Below, in pieces: positions 50,756-59,563 of a stretch of DNA of 64,000 nucleotides (its first letter is position 1; every line of letters starts with the position of its first letter). Location of the stretch: assembly GCA_964651155.1 (NCBI GenBank), contig CAZYXB010000002.1, forward strand, positions 64,377 through 128,376, given 5' to 3'. The notes beneath the pieces were generated by a model that had not been told where the DNA came from, did no database searches, and saw only the letters and a list, made by a program, of their open reading frames with translations. This DNA is from an uncultured Acidobacteriota bacterium (GTDB taxonomy: Bacteria; Acidobacteriota; UBA6911). A program made the position numbers and the translations under genes.

Positions 50756-51949
50756 ATGGATCTGAAGGCTGTTGCCAAGGGGAACCTCGACTCGATACGG
50801 GGGCGACTGGTCGAGTTGAGCCGTAGAGTTCATGCAAATCCGGAACCCGGCTTCCAGGAGCTGCGGGCTTCGGGATGGATCATGGAATTCCTCTCCGGTG
50901 AAGGCTTCCGCGTGGAGCCGGGCCTGTGCGGGCTGCCGACGGCCTTCGCCGCCAGTGCGGGCAGCGGCCCCCTGCATGTGGCCATCTGCGCCGAATACGA
51001 CGCGCTTCCCGAAATCGGCCACGCCTGCGGCCACAATATCATCGCCGCCGCGGCGGTCGGCGCCGGGATCGCCGCGGCGCGGGTCGCCGACGAGGCGGGG
51101 CTGACCGTCACCGTTCTGGGCACTCCGGGCGAGGAGGCGGGCAATGCCGGGGGGAAGATCCTGATGCTGGACAGGGGCGCGTTCTCGGGCATGCATGCGG
51201 CCATGATGGTGCACCCCGCTCCGTCGGACATCCTGATGCCCCTCATTATCGCGTCGTCCATGTTCGAGGTGGAGTACACCGGAAAGGAGGCGCATGCCTC
51301 GGCCTATCCCGAGCGGGGCATCAACGCCGCGGATGCCCTGACGGTCGCGCAGACGGCCATCGGCCTGCTGCGGCAGCACATACTCCCGACCGACCGCATC
51401 CATGGAATCATCACCCACGGCGGGGACGCCCCCAATATCATCCCGGCCCGGACCACGGCCCGGTATATTGTCCGGGGACGCACGCTGAGCGCGGTTGCGG
51501 AGCTCCGGGCGCGGGTTCACGGGTGTTTTGAGGCCGGCGCCGTCGCCACCGGGGCGAAGCTCGGGATCACCGGCGGGGACAAGCCGTACGCGGAGATGAT
51601 CCACGACACGGACATGGCCGCCGCCTTCGGGCGGAACTCCGAGGCGCTGGGGCGCACCTTCCCCGATGCGGCCGCATCCGCGCCCGGGTTTTCCGCCTCG
51701 ACCGATATGGGCAATGTCAGCCACCTGGTCCCCTCGATCCATCCGATGATCGGGATCGACTCGTTCCCTGCGGTCAACCATCAGGCTGAATTCGCACAAC
51801 GGTGCGTCTCCGCGTCGGCGGATCGGGCCCTGTACGACGGCGCGCTGGCCATGGCCTGGACCGCCATAGACCTGGCCGCGGACCCGGAGCTCTGCGCCCG
51901 ATTGCTGGCCGGCCGGCAGGGGCCGAAACCCGCAGCGCCCCGGCGCTAG
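50756..51949 (+). CDS. M20-family metallopeptidase / amidohydrolase (M20D, hippurate-hydrolase/AbgB-like)
   Basis: ACGHN...GTPGEE...[10 protein letters not shown] motifs of M20D amidohydrolases. Start MDLKAVAKG at 50756. Confidence 0.8.
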   Translation: MDLKAVAKGNLDSIRGRLVELSRRVHANPEPGFQELRASGWIMEFLSGEGFRVEPGLCGLPTAFAASAGSGPLHVAICAEYDALPEIGHACGHNIIAAAAVGAGIAAARVADEAGLTVTVLGTPGEEAGNAGGKILMLDRGAFSGMHAAMMVHPAPSDILMPLIIASSMFEVEYTGKEAHASAYPERGINAADALTVAQTAIGLLRQHILPTDRIHGIITHGGDAPNIIPARTTARYIVRGRTLSAVAELRARVHGCFEAGAVATGAKLGITGGDKPYAEMIHDTDMAAAFGRNSEALGRTFPDAAASAPGFSASTDMGNVSHLVPSIHPMIGIDSFPAVNHQAEFAQRCVSASADRALYDGALAMAWTAIDLAADPELCARLLAGRQGPKPAAPRR

Positions 51950-52455
51950 CGCCCGCGGCGGTCTTTTTTCGCCCCCCGGCGATCTCCGTACGCCCCCCGG
52001 CGATCTTCGTACGCCCCCCGGCGATCTTCGTACGCCCCGCGGCCGCCGGCGGGACTCCCCACCCGGAAAAGGTGCGCCGCGCAGCCAGATCGGCAGTCGG
52101 TGGCTCCGAAACGCGGCACGGGGGCCGACGCACCCGGGCGCCGGGCGACCCGTTGCGCCGCCTCGCACTCCTCGCAGCCCGGAAGGGATTCCACCCGTGC
52201 CAGGGAGACCGCGGGGTGTGCCAGCACGTAATCGATGTGCCAGTGCATCGTCCCGGATTTGGATGCGGCCAGGCGGCGGTGGCGGGCAACCCTGCCGGCA
52301 AGGGAACTGCGGGCGCTGCCGATGTAGGCGTAGCGCCCGGCCGGCAGAAGGACCCGTCCCAGCGCTCCGACCTCCAGGGCCAGGTCTTGTGCAATCCGCA
52401 GATGGAGAATGTAGGCCCCTCCCCTGGGGGGAGGTCCGGGGCTATGCGCATGCAT
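51946..52455 (-). CDS. GIY-YIG-like nuclease-superfamily protein (DUF123-like) with C-terminal RGAYEDR x3 repeat tail
   Basis: [13 protein letters not shown]...RYAYIGSA...HWHIDYVL matches the DUF123/GIY-YIG-like pattern. The C-terminal tail is encoded by a 21-bp tandem repeat x3 (51960-52040). Confidence 0.55.
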   Translation of the reverse strand: MHAHSPGPPPRGGAYILHLRIAQDLALEVGALGRVLLPAGRYAYIGSARSSLAGRVARHRRLAASKSGTMHWHIDYVLAHPAVSLARVESLPGCEECEAAQRVARRPGASAPVPRFGATDCRSGCAAHLFRVGSPAGGRGAYEDRRGAYEDRRGAYGDRRGAKKDRRGR

Positions 52456-52892
52456 CGGTACGCTCCTGGGCGTCAGGACCGCCCCGGCGCCGCTTCGAGA
52501 GCCGACGCGGCATCGGTCGCCGGGGCGACGTGGAACGCGCCGGCCGGCCCCTCCCGCACCGCGGGCGTGGGGGGTACCGGCCGGGGTAGGTCCGGGCTGT
52601 ATGCTGCGGATGCCGAGACGCAGCAGGGCTGGCAGTATGGCACAGGCTTTCTGCTCGTACCAGGAAAGCATGATCGAAAAAGGCAGGACGTTGACGTCGC
52701 AACGGAAGGCTTCGGCCAGCGCCCCGGCAGCGGGACACATCCATCGTGTCGTTTTCCCTAAAAGGTGTTTGCCAGTGATCGTGCACCGCTGCTATCCTAC
52801 GGGCATTTCTCGACGGGACTCATGATGCGGCTCAGGAAACGGCACATCTCCCCCGATGTGCGTCCGCTGCCGGGAGGGGAGGGGGGCCGGGC

Positions 52893-53540
52893 ATGAAGGT
52901 GCGGCACATTCTGGACGGCGCGGGTTTTTTCGAAGGCATCTCCCCGATGAGCAGGGAAGCCCTGAGCCGGGTCTGCATGCCCGTCGAGCGCCCGAAGCGC
53001 ACGACGCTTTTCCATGAGGCGGAGCCGGGCGAGGCGATGTACCTTCTGGCGCGGGGGCGCGTCAGTCTGCACAAGCTGTCGCCCGAAGGCCGTGAAGTCG
53101 TGATCAAGGTGGTTGGGCCGGGCGAGGTGTTTGCCGAAGCCATCCTGTTTGAAAAAAGGCACTATCCGGTGACGGCGGTGTCGCTTACGGACATTCTGGC
53201 GCTCAAGCTCCTGCGGCGGGACATCCTCCATCTTCTCCGGCAGGAGGATTTCCGGAACGATTTCATCGCGATGCTGTTGCGCAAGCAGCGCTACCTGACC
53301 GAAAAAATCCGCCAGCTGACCAGCCAGGATGTCGAGCAGCGCCTGCGGGCCTTTCTGCGCGAGCAGTACGGGGAAGTAGGGCGGATAGAGGCGGAAATCA
53401 ACAAGAAACAGCTGGCTTCGGCCATCGGCGCCACGCCCGAGACGCTGTCCCGACTGCTGCGGGATTTGAGCGGCCGCAACCGCCTGACCTGGAAACGGGG
53501 CGTTATCCTGGCGTCCCCGGATTTCTGGGCCGAGGAATGA
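52893..53540 (+). CDS. Crp/Fnr-family transcriptional regulator
   Basis: cNMP-binding beta-roll (LFHEAEPGEAMYLLARGRV) plus C-terminal HTH (KKQLASAIGATPETLSRLL). Confidence 0.85.
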   Translation: MKVRHILDGAGFFEGISPMSREALSRVCMPVERPKRTTLFHEAEPGEAMYLLARGRVSLHKLSPEGREVVIKVVGPGEVFAEAILFEKRHYPVTAVSLTDILALKLLRRDILHLLRQEDFRNDFIAMLLRKQRYLTEKIRQLTSQDVEQRLRAFLREQYGEVGRIEAEINKKQLASAIGATPETLSRLLRDLSGRNRLTWKRGVILASPDFWAEE

Positions 53541-53577
53541 GCGGCAGGGACCGGATCCGGTTCGCGGCGGCGGCTGC

Positions 53578-54096
53578 CTACCCCGCGGGGGCGTCGGTCT
53601 TTTCCCTGAGCGCCTCACGGGCGCCTTCGTGCGCGCCGGCAGTGATTTCCCGGGCCCTTTCGATCAGGCGCAGCAGCTGCCCGTCGTTTCGCCTGCGGGC
53701 CAGGGCCTCGAGGGAATCGAGCCGGCGCATCGATTCTTCGGCCCGCTGCCGCAGTTGCTTCAGAGCTTTGCGCACCCTGTCGAGGTCGGCCGTTGCCGGC
53801 CGGTAGGCGTCCTCGAGGTTGACCATGACGCTGTGGAGGATCCGGTAGTAGCCGTCGAGCATGTCTTCGGCTGTCAGGTACTCCAGGGGGTCCCCCGGTT
53901 CCGTCTCCTCGCCGCGCAGGCGGGCTTCGGCCGACTTGAGGCGCAGCAGGGCGGCCCGCAGGTACAGATCCGTCCGCACGTCGATCCTCTGCTTGATCTG
54001 GAGGAGCGCGATCTCCTCCGCGGTCAGAAACTCCCTGGGCGCCTCAGCACCGGCGAGCGTTACGGCCGACAGCAGCAACAGCGCCAGGACTCTCAT
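53578..54096 (-). CDS. Small secreted alpha-helical protein of unknown function
   Basis: MRVLALLLLSAVTLAGAEA signal peptide. AGGAGG RBS. Its start overlaps the stop of the upstream small secreted protein gene. Confidence 0.5.
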   Translation of the reverse strand: MRVLALLLLSAVTLAGAEAPREFLTAEEIALLQIKQRIDVRTDLYLRAALLRLKSAEARLRGEETEPGDPLEYLTAEDMLDGYYRILHSVMVNLEDAYRPATADLDRVRKALKQLRQRAEESMRRLDSLEALARRRNDGQLLRLIERAREITAGAHEGAREALREKTDAPAG

Positions 54097-54593
54097 TCCG
54101 CCTCCTTGCGCCCGACCACATCCTCGGGCCGGAACAGCAGGTCCACCATCGTGCCCCGGAGCGCGTCGGCCCGGCCGACGCACCGTTCGAAGGCATCCTG
54201 CTGCGCTGCAGGGGCCCGGACCCGGTAGTTCCGGAGGTCGTTGATGGCTTTGCGCACGTCGATCTCGTACCGGATCAGGGCCTTGAGCCTTTTCTTTTCG
54301 GGGTCGGTGTTGGCTTCGATGTCCTTGACGGATTCCGCAAGGAAGCGCACCCAGGCCTCAAGCTGTCCGGGAACAGGGCCGAAATCCCCGGCGGACACGC
54401 TTTTGCCGAGCGCCTTGTGCATCCTGGCGGAGGCGTCGCGGTATACTTCGATGCGTTTTCCGAGGTCATCGGCGTTTTTGTCGATCTTTTCCCTCTCCTT
54501 TTCCGTGAACATCCCTTCGGGAAAAGGCGGCGGCGCGGGCGCGGCCTGAAGGAGAAGGGCCGACAGCAGGCTGCAGGAGGCCAGAAGGCGCAT
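54093..54593 (-). CDS. Small secreted alpha-helical protein of unknown function
   Basis: MRLLASCSLLSALLLQAAPA signal peptide. GAGGA RBS. It lies immediately downstream of argS. Confidence 0.5.
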   Translation of the reverse strand: MRLLASCSLLSALLLQAAPAPPPFPEGMFTEKEREKIDKNADDLGKRIEVYRDASARMHKALGKSVSAGDFGPVPGQLEAWVRFLAESVKDIEANTDPEKKRLKALIRYEIDVRKAINDLRNYRVRAPAAQQDAFERCVGRADALRGTMVDLLFRPEDVVGRKEAE

Positions 54594-54598
54594 CGGGG

Positions 54599-56569
54599 TC
54601 ACATCCTCGGGGGCACATCGGTTCCCAGCAAGTATAGCGCATGCTCGAGCTGTTTGCGAACAAGATCGGCCACCAGGAGCAGGTGGCGCTTCCTTTCGGG
54701 ATCCGCCTCCGACAGAATGTGGTGCTTGTGGTAGAACAGGTTGAATTTCTGGGCCAGCGAAAAGGCGTACTTGCACAGCTGGCCGAGTTCCATCGACCGG
54801 GTGACCTGCCGGACGACCTCCGGGAGGCGTGCCGCCTGGTAGACGATGTCCCAGATCGTGTCGTAGGCGGCGAGAAAGTCCCCGGTTCCGGGAGGGATGT
54901 CCCGGATATCGGGCGGGGCCTCCCCCGACTGCGCCAGCTTGTTGAAGATGTTGTTGGCCCGCACGACCGCGTACTGGATGTAGGGCCCGGTTTCGCCGTC
55001 GAAATTGAGGGCTTCCTTGAAATCGAATGCTATGACGGTGTTGCGCGCGAAGCGCAGAAGAAAGTAGCGCAGCGCTCCGACGGCGATCGCATGGGCGATC
55101 GCCCCCGACTCCTCCTCGGGCAGGTCGTGGCGGGAACGGACCTCCTGCAGGGCCTTTTCGTGGAGGGTGTCGAGCAGGTCGTCGGCCTTGACCCCGAGCC
55201 CTTTCCTTCCGGAAACCTCGACGTAAGGCCGATTCCGGTCCTCGTCCGAAAGCGGGAACCCGAGTTCCTCGCAGCAGGCGGGGGTCAGCGCCACCATTTC
55301 ATAGGAAAAGTGGACCGAATTCTCCGCCTGGGCCTCGAAGCCGAGCGCCTTCAGGCCCAGAACGACGATATTCTGCAGGTAGGCCTGGCGGCTGTCGATG
55401 ACGTTGTAGACGCGCCGGCCGCAGCCGAAACCCGGCGCGGCCGCATCCGGGTCCTTCTCGGCCGAGGTGACCCAGACCGGGTAGCCCGCATCCGCCCCCA
55501 GGAGCCGGTAGTTGAAATCCAGGCCGAGGAGCCCCAGCTTCCAGAGCTGGTAGGCGATGTCCTTGCCGACATAGGTGACGGTGCCGTCGGACCGGACGAT
55601 GATTTTTTCGTCCTCTTCGGCCTCCTCGCGCGAGGCGCCCGGCAGGGCGTCGTCGCCCGTGTGCATCACCCAGCATCCCTTGTTCTTCCCCTCGTCGACG
55701 TAATAGATCGCGTTGCGCTCCTGCAGCAGCTGGTAGGCCTTCTCCCAGAATTTCAGGTGGAGGATTTCGCTTTCGCGGGGGAGCAGGTCATACCGGACGT
55801 TGATCCTGTCCATGGTCGCCAGGTGCGCCCGGGCGACGCGCATGGCGACGTGCTCGGCCAGTTCGGCCGTCGGGTTGCCGCCCGCCTCGATCGCCTGAAG
55901 GGTGAGGCTGCGCCATGCCCGGTTGTCTTCCGACTGCCGGTAGAAGTCGTAGACCTGCGCGTAGACGTCCCAGCAGAAGTAATCGAACCTGCCCCCCATG
56001 CCGGAGAGCTCCAGGAGCGTCTTCCCCTGCATCCTTTCGAGCCCTACGACGACATCGGCCACCTGGACCCCGGTGTTGTCCAGGTAGTTCTGCACTTCGA
56101 CCTCGTGTCCCAGGAAGCGGAGGCAGCGGACGAAGGAGTCTCCGAGGGAGGCGTTGCGCAGGTGGCCTATGTGGGCGGCCTTGTTGGGATTGATGTTCGT
56201 GTGCTCGACGATGATCTTCCCCTCGTCGTCCGGGCCCGACAGGCGGCCGAAGGACCCCCGGGCGATGCTTAGGCCCAGCTGGCGCGCGAACCATTCCCGG
56301 TCGATGTGGAGATTCAGAAAACCCCCGCCGGCGACATCGGCCTTCCAGATCCCCCGGATGCCGCAGGCGTCCGAGGCGAGTTCCCGCGCGATCTCGATCG
56401 GGGGGCGCCGGACTTTCCGGGCCAGGTCGAAGGCGACGGGCAGGGCGAGCTCCCCGAGTTCGATCTTGGGCGGCAGCGTGAAGTTCAGGGATTCGTAATG
56501 AACGTCGTAGCGCTCCGCGATGCGTTGGAGCAGGCTTTGTTCCAGTTGGCGTGTCAGGGCAAGCAGCAT
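54599..56569 (-). CDS. argS: Arginine--tRNA ligase
   Basis: HIGH motif (NPNKAAHIGHLRN), Arg anticodon-binding (DALK) domain, full-length class I ArgRS similarity. Start at the ATG at 56569 (MLLALTRQLEQ). Confidence 0.9.
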   Translation of the reverse strand: MLLALTRQLEQSLLQRIAERYDVHYESLNFTLPPKIELGELALPVAFDLARKVRRPPIEIARELASDACGIRGIWKADVAGGGFLNLHIDREWFARQLGLSIARGSFGRLSGPDDEGKIIVEHTNINPNKAAHIGHLRNASLGDSFVRCLRFLGHEVEVQNYLDNTGVQVADVVVGLERMQGKTLLELSGMGGRFDYFCWDVYAQVYDFYRQSEDNRAWRSLTLQAIEAGGNPTAELAEHVAMRVARAHLATMDRINVRYDLLPRESEILHLKFWEKAYQLLQERNAIYYVDEGKNKGCWVMHTGDDALPGASREEAEEDEKIIVRSDGTVTYVGKDIAYQLWKLGLLGLDFNYRLLGADAGYPVWVTSAEKDPDAAAPGFGCGRRVYNVIDSRQAYLQNIVVLGLKALGFEAQAENSVHFSYEMVALTPACCEELGFPLSDEDRNRPYVEVSGRKGLGVKADDLLDTLHEKALQEVRSRHDLPEEESGAIAHAIAVGALRYFLLRFARNTVIAFDFKEALNFDGETGPYIQYAVVRANNIFNKLAQSGEAPPDIRDIPPGTGDFLAAYDTIWDIVYQAARLPEVVRQVTRSMELGQLCKYAFSLAQKFNLFYHKHHILSEADPERKRHLLLVADLVRKQLEHALYLLGTDVPPRM

Positions 56570-56748
56570 GGCTTTAGGACTTTCCAGTCGTTGGTACACC
56601 CGGGATTCCCCGGCCGGCACTCGAGAAAGAAACATACTCCAAGGGCGCCGGCAAATCAATCGGGGCGCGGCGGACTGCTGCTTGACTTCGGGTCGTACCG
56701 TCAATAGACTCACACTGACACAATCTTGGAGAGGCGACGTTGGTGCAA

Positions 56749-57960
56749 ATGCGCAAGCAGGAACAGAAGATCCTGGTGATAGAGCCCTTCTCGGGCATCA
56801 GCGGCGACATGATGGTCGGGGCGCTGCTCGACCTCGGGTTCGATTTCGCCAGGCTCTCCGATGAGCTCGGGCTTCTCCCCGTCAAGGGGTACCGGATCTC
56901 CTGCCGGCGGTGCATACGCTCGGGCATTGCGGCCACCAAATTCGATGTGGACCTGCCTGACGAGCACGCCCACAGGGGATTGTCGGACATACGCGGGATG
57001 ATCGAATCGAGCGGGCTGTCCCCCTGGGTGAAGCAGATGTCCGTGGAGGCGTTCCGGAGACTGGCCGAGGCCGAAGCCAGGATTCACGAAAAGACGGTCG
57101 ACCAGGTGCACTTCCACGAGGTGGGGGCGGTCGATTCCATCATCGACATCGTCGGCTCCATGATCGCGCTCGAGTCCTTCCTGCCCGCCGATATCGTCGC
57201 CTCCCCCGTCAATGTCGGCCACGGGACGGTCCGGTGCCAGCACGGGATCTACCCCGTTCCGGCACCCGCGGTCCAGGAGCTGCTCAAAGACATTCCCACG
57301 TTCACCAACGAAATCGGGGGGGAACTGACGACCCCCACGGGGGCGGCCCTGCTGTCGACCGTCTCGGGCGCTTTCGGCGGCCGGCCGGCCATGAGAAATC
57401 ATAGGACCGGCTACGGCGCCGGTTCGCGCCAGACCGAGGGCGGCGCCAACGTGCTCCGGATCAGCCTGGGGGAGCGGATGGCCGACGCGGTGCAGGCTCC
57501 CGTGCCTCCCGAGGTCCGGGTGGCCGTTATCGAGGCCACCGTCGACGATATGAATCCCCAGGTGTACGGCTACTTCCTTGAAAAGGCGATGGCCGCCGGG
57601 GCCCTGGACGTATACTCGACGCCGATCCAGATGAAGAAGAACCGGCCGGGGCAGAAAGTGAGCTGCATCTGCGCCCTGGCCGATGTCGACCGTTTCGCCG
57701 AACTCATCTTCCGCGAAACGACAACCATCGGGATCCGGTACACGACGGCGGATCGCAAGACGCTCGACCGGCGGTTTGAGCCCGTGGAGACTCCCTACGG
57801 GACCGTGACGATGAAGATTTCCCTGATGGGAGACCGCGTGGTCAATGCGGTCCCCGAATTCGAGGACTGCCGGCGCCTCGCGTCCGAACAAGGCGCCCCG
57901 CTCAAGGAGGTGCAGGCCGCCGCCGCCGCCGCGTACCGCCGCTCGGTCCCTGGTGCCTGA
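56749..57960 (+). CDS. larC: LarC-family nickel-insertion protein (DUF111; nickel-pincer cofactor biosynthesis)
   Basis: FSGISGDM N-terminal motif and conserved LarC/DUF111 architecture. GGAGAGG RBS. Start ambiguous among TTG 56740, GTG 56743 and ATG 56749. Confidence 0.75.
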   Translation: MRKQEQKILVIEPFSGISGDMMVGALLDLGFDFARLSDELGLLPVKGYRISCRRCIRSGIAATKFDVDLPDEHAHRGLSDIRGMIESSGLSPWVKQMSVEAFRRLAEAEARIHEKTVDQVHFHEVGAVDSIIDIVGSMIALESFLPADIVASPVNVGHGTVRCQHGIYPVPAPAVQELLKDIPTFTNEIGGELTTPTGAALLSTVSGAFGGRPAMRNHRTGYGAGSRQTEGGANVLRISLGERMADAVQAPVPPEVRVAVIEATVDDMNPQVYGYFLEKAMAAGALDVYSTPIQMKKNRPGQKVSCICALADVDRFAELIFRETTTIGIRYTTADRKTLDRRFEPVETPYGTVTMKISLMGDRVVNAVPEFEDCRRLASEQGAPLKEVQAAAAAAYRRSVPGA

Positions 57961-58031
57961 TCCATCGGCCAAAAGGGTGGCGGCCCGGGGATCCAATCCG
58001 TACGCAAGTCCACCTGTTTCCTGGAGATACG

Positions 58032-58454
58032 ATGCCCGAAGAAAAGCCTGAAACAACGTCGGAAGCAACGTCCGAACCAAAGCCGGCAGCTGCCGCCCCG
58101 GAACAACCCGAAGCCAGCCGGCCGGAGCCGCCGCGCATCAGCATCGGTGAGTTCGCCAAGGTCGAGATGCGCGTCGGGCAGATCCTGGAGGCCTCCAGGA
58201 TCGAAGGGTCCCGCAAGCTGATCCAACTGAGGGTGGACATCGGGACGGAGGTGCGGCAGGTCGTCGCCGGCATCGCCGATGCCTACACTCCGGACCAGCT
58301 GGTGGGCAAAAAAGTGATCCTGGTGGTGAACCTCAAGCCGGCGAGGCTGATGGGAGTGGAATCGAACGGGATGGTTCTCGCCGCCAGCGACGGCGGCCGC
58401 GCCGTGCTGCCCGCATTCGGGGAAGACGTGCCCAACGGCGCGCCTCTCCGGTAG
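58032..58454 (+). CDS. tRNA-binding protein (CsaA / EMAP-II-like OB-fold) with low-complexity N-terminal tail
   Basis: IGEFAKVEMRVGQILEA...LIQLRVDIG...KVILVVNLKPARLMG is the Trbp111/CsaA OB-fold signature. Confidence 0.8.
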   Translation: MPEEKPETTSEATSEPKPAAAAPEQPEASRPEPPRISIGEFAKVEMRVGQILEASRIEGSRKLIQLRVDIGTEVRQVVAGIADAYTPDQLVGKKVILVVNLKPARLMGVESNGMVLAASDGGRAVLPAFGEDVPNGAPLR

Positions 58455-58543
58455 GCGGAAATGATGCCCGGCGGCTGCCTCCCTGTGGTAAGATTCCGGG
58501 CGGATGCCCGGTTGTCCGTAACGGCTGTTTCCGAGAGTGCCCA

Positions 58544-59518
58544 TTGACTCCGCATGAGATCTACAAACTGATTGAAGACGGCATGGCTTGCGTGGAAGAG
58601 GAACTGGCCCGCCAGTCCCGCTCCGGCGTCCCCATGATCGAGAATATCGGCCGCTACATCTGCAACAGCGGAGGCAAGCGGGTGCGGCCCGCCATACTGC
58701 TGCTGAGCTCCCGGATGTGCGGGTACGATGGACCCATCGGGCCCCGTTTGGGCGCCATCCTGGAGATGATCCATTCGGCCACCCTGGTGCACGACGATAT
58801 CATCGACAATGCGTGTGTCCGGCGCGGCCATGCCTCCGTCAATGCCCGGTGGGGGAACGAGATAACGGTCCTGATGGGCGACTGGCTGTATATGACCTCC
58901 TTCAGCATGGCTCTGGGGGAACGGCAGTTCCCGATACTGGACGTTCTTATCGAGGCAACCCGCAAGATGGTGGAGGGCGAACTCATCCAGCTCAGCTACA
59001 ACGGCAATGTCGACATCACCGAAGAGCAGCACATGGATATTTCCAGGCGCAAGACCGCCTACCTGTTCGCCGCCTGCTCCCAGCTCGGCGGGATCCTCGG
59101 CGCGGCGCCCGAGGCAGCGATCGAAAGGCTGCGCCTGTATGGGCTGAACGTGGGCCTGGCCTTTCAGCTTGTCGATGATGTCCTGGACTTCACGTCCGAT
59201 GAGAACACCCTCGGCAAGCCGGTGGGCAGCGACATGCAGGAGGGGAAGCTCACGCTGCCTCTGATCTACCTGCTGCGGGACGGGAGGCCGGAACACCGCG
59301 CGCTGGTCCGCAACGTCCTCCGCACCGACGCCCTCAACGGGGAAGGGCGGGACGCAGTTATCCGGCTCGTCCGGGAGTATGGAGCCGCCGATCGCGTTCT
59401 GGAGAAGGCCCACGCCCTGGCCGAAGAGGCCAAATCCTGCCTGGAGACGTTCCCGGACTGCGTCGCGCGCCAGGCCCTGATGTCGATCCCCGATTATATC
59501 GTCGAACGCGACCGGTAG
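58544..59518 (+). CDS. Polyprenyl diphosphate synthase (IspB-like trans-prenyltransferase)
   Basis: First Asp-rich motif LVHDDIID and second FQLVDDVLD. TTG start at 58544 gives the canonical 43-aa spacing to GGKRVRP. Confidence 0.85.
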   Translation: MTPHEIYKLIEDGMACVEEELARQSRSGVPMIENIGRYICNSGGKRVRPAILLLSSRMCGYDGPIGPRLGAILEMIHSATLVHDDIIDNACVRRGHASVNARWGNEITVLMGDWLYMTSFSMALGERQFPILDVLIEATRKMVEGELIQLSYNGNVDITEEQHMDISRRKTAYLFAACSQLGGILGAAPEAAIERLRLYGLNVGLAFQLVDDVLDFTSDENTLGKPVGSDMQEGKLTLPLIYLLRDGRPEHRALVRNVLRTDALNGEGRDAVIRLVREYGAADRVLEKAHALAEEAKSCLETFPDCVARQALMSIPDYIVERDR

Positions 59519-59563
59519 GCCGGCCGGATTCGTCCCGGATGCGGCCGGCCGGTCCTGGCGCGG

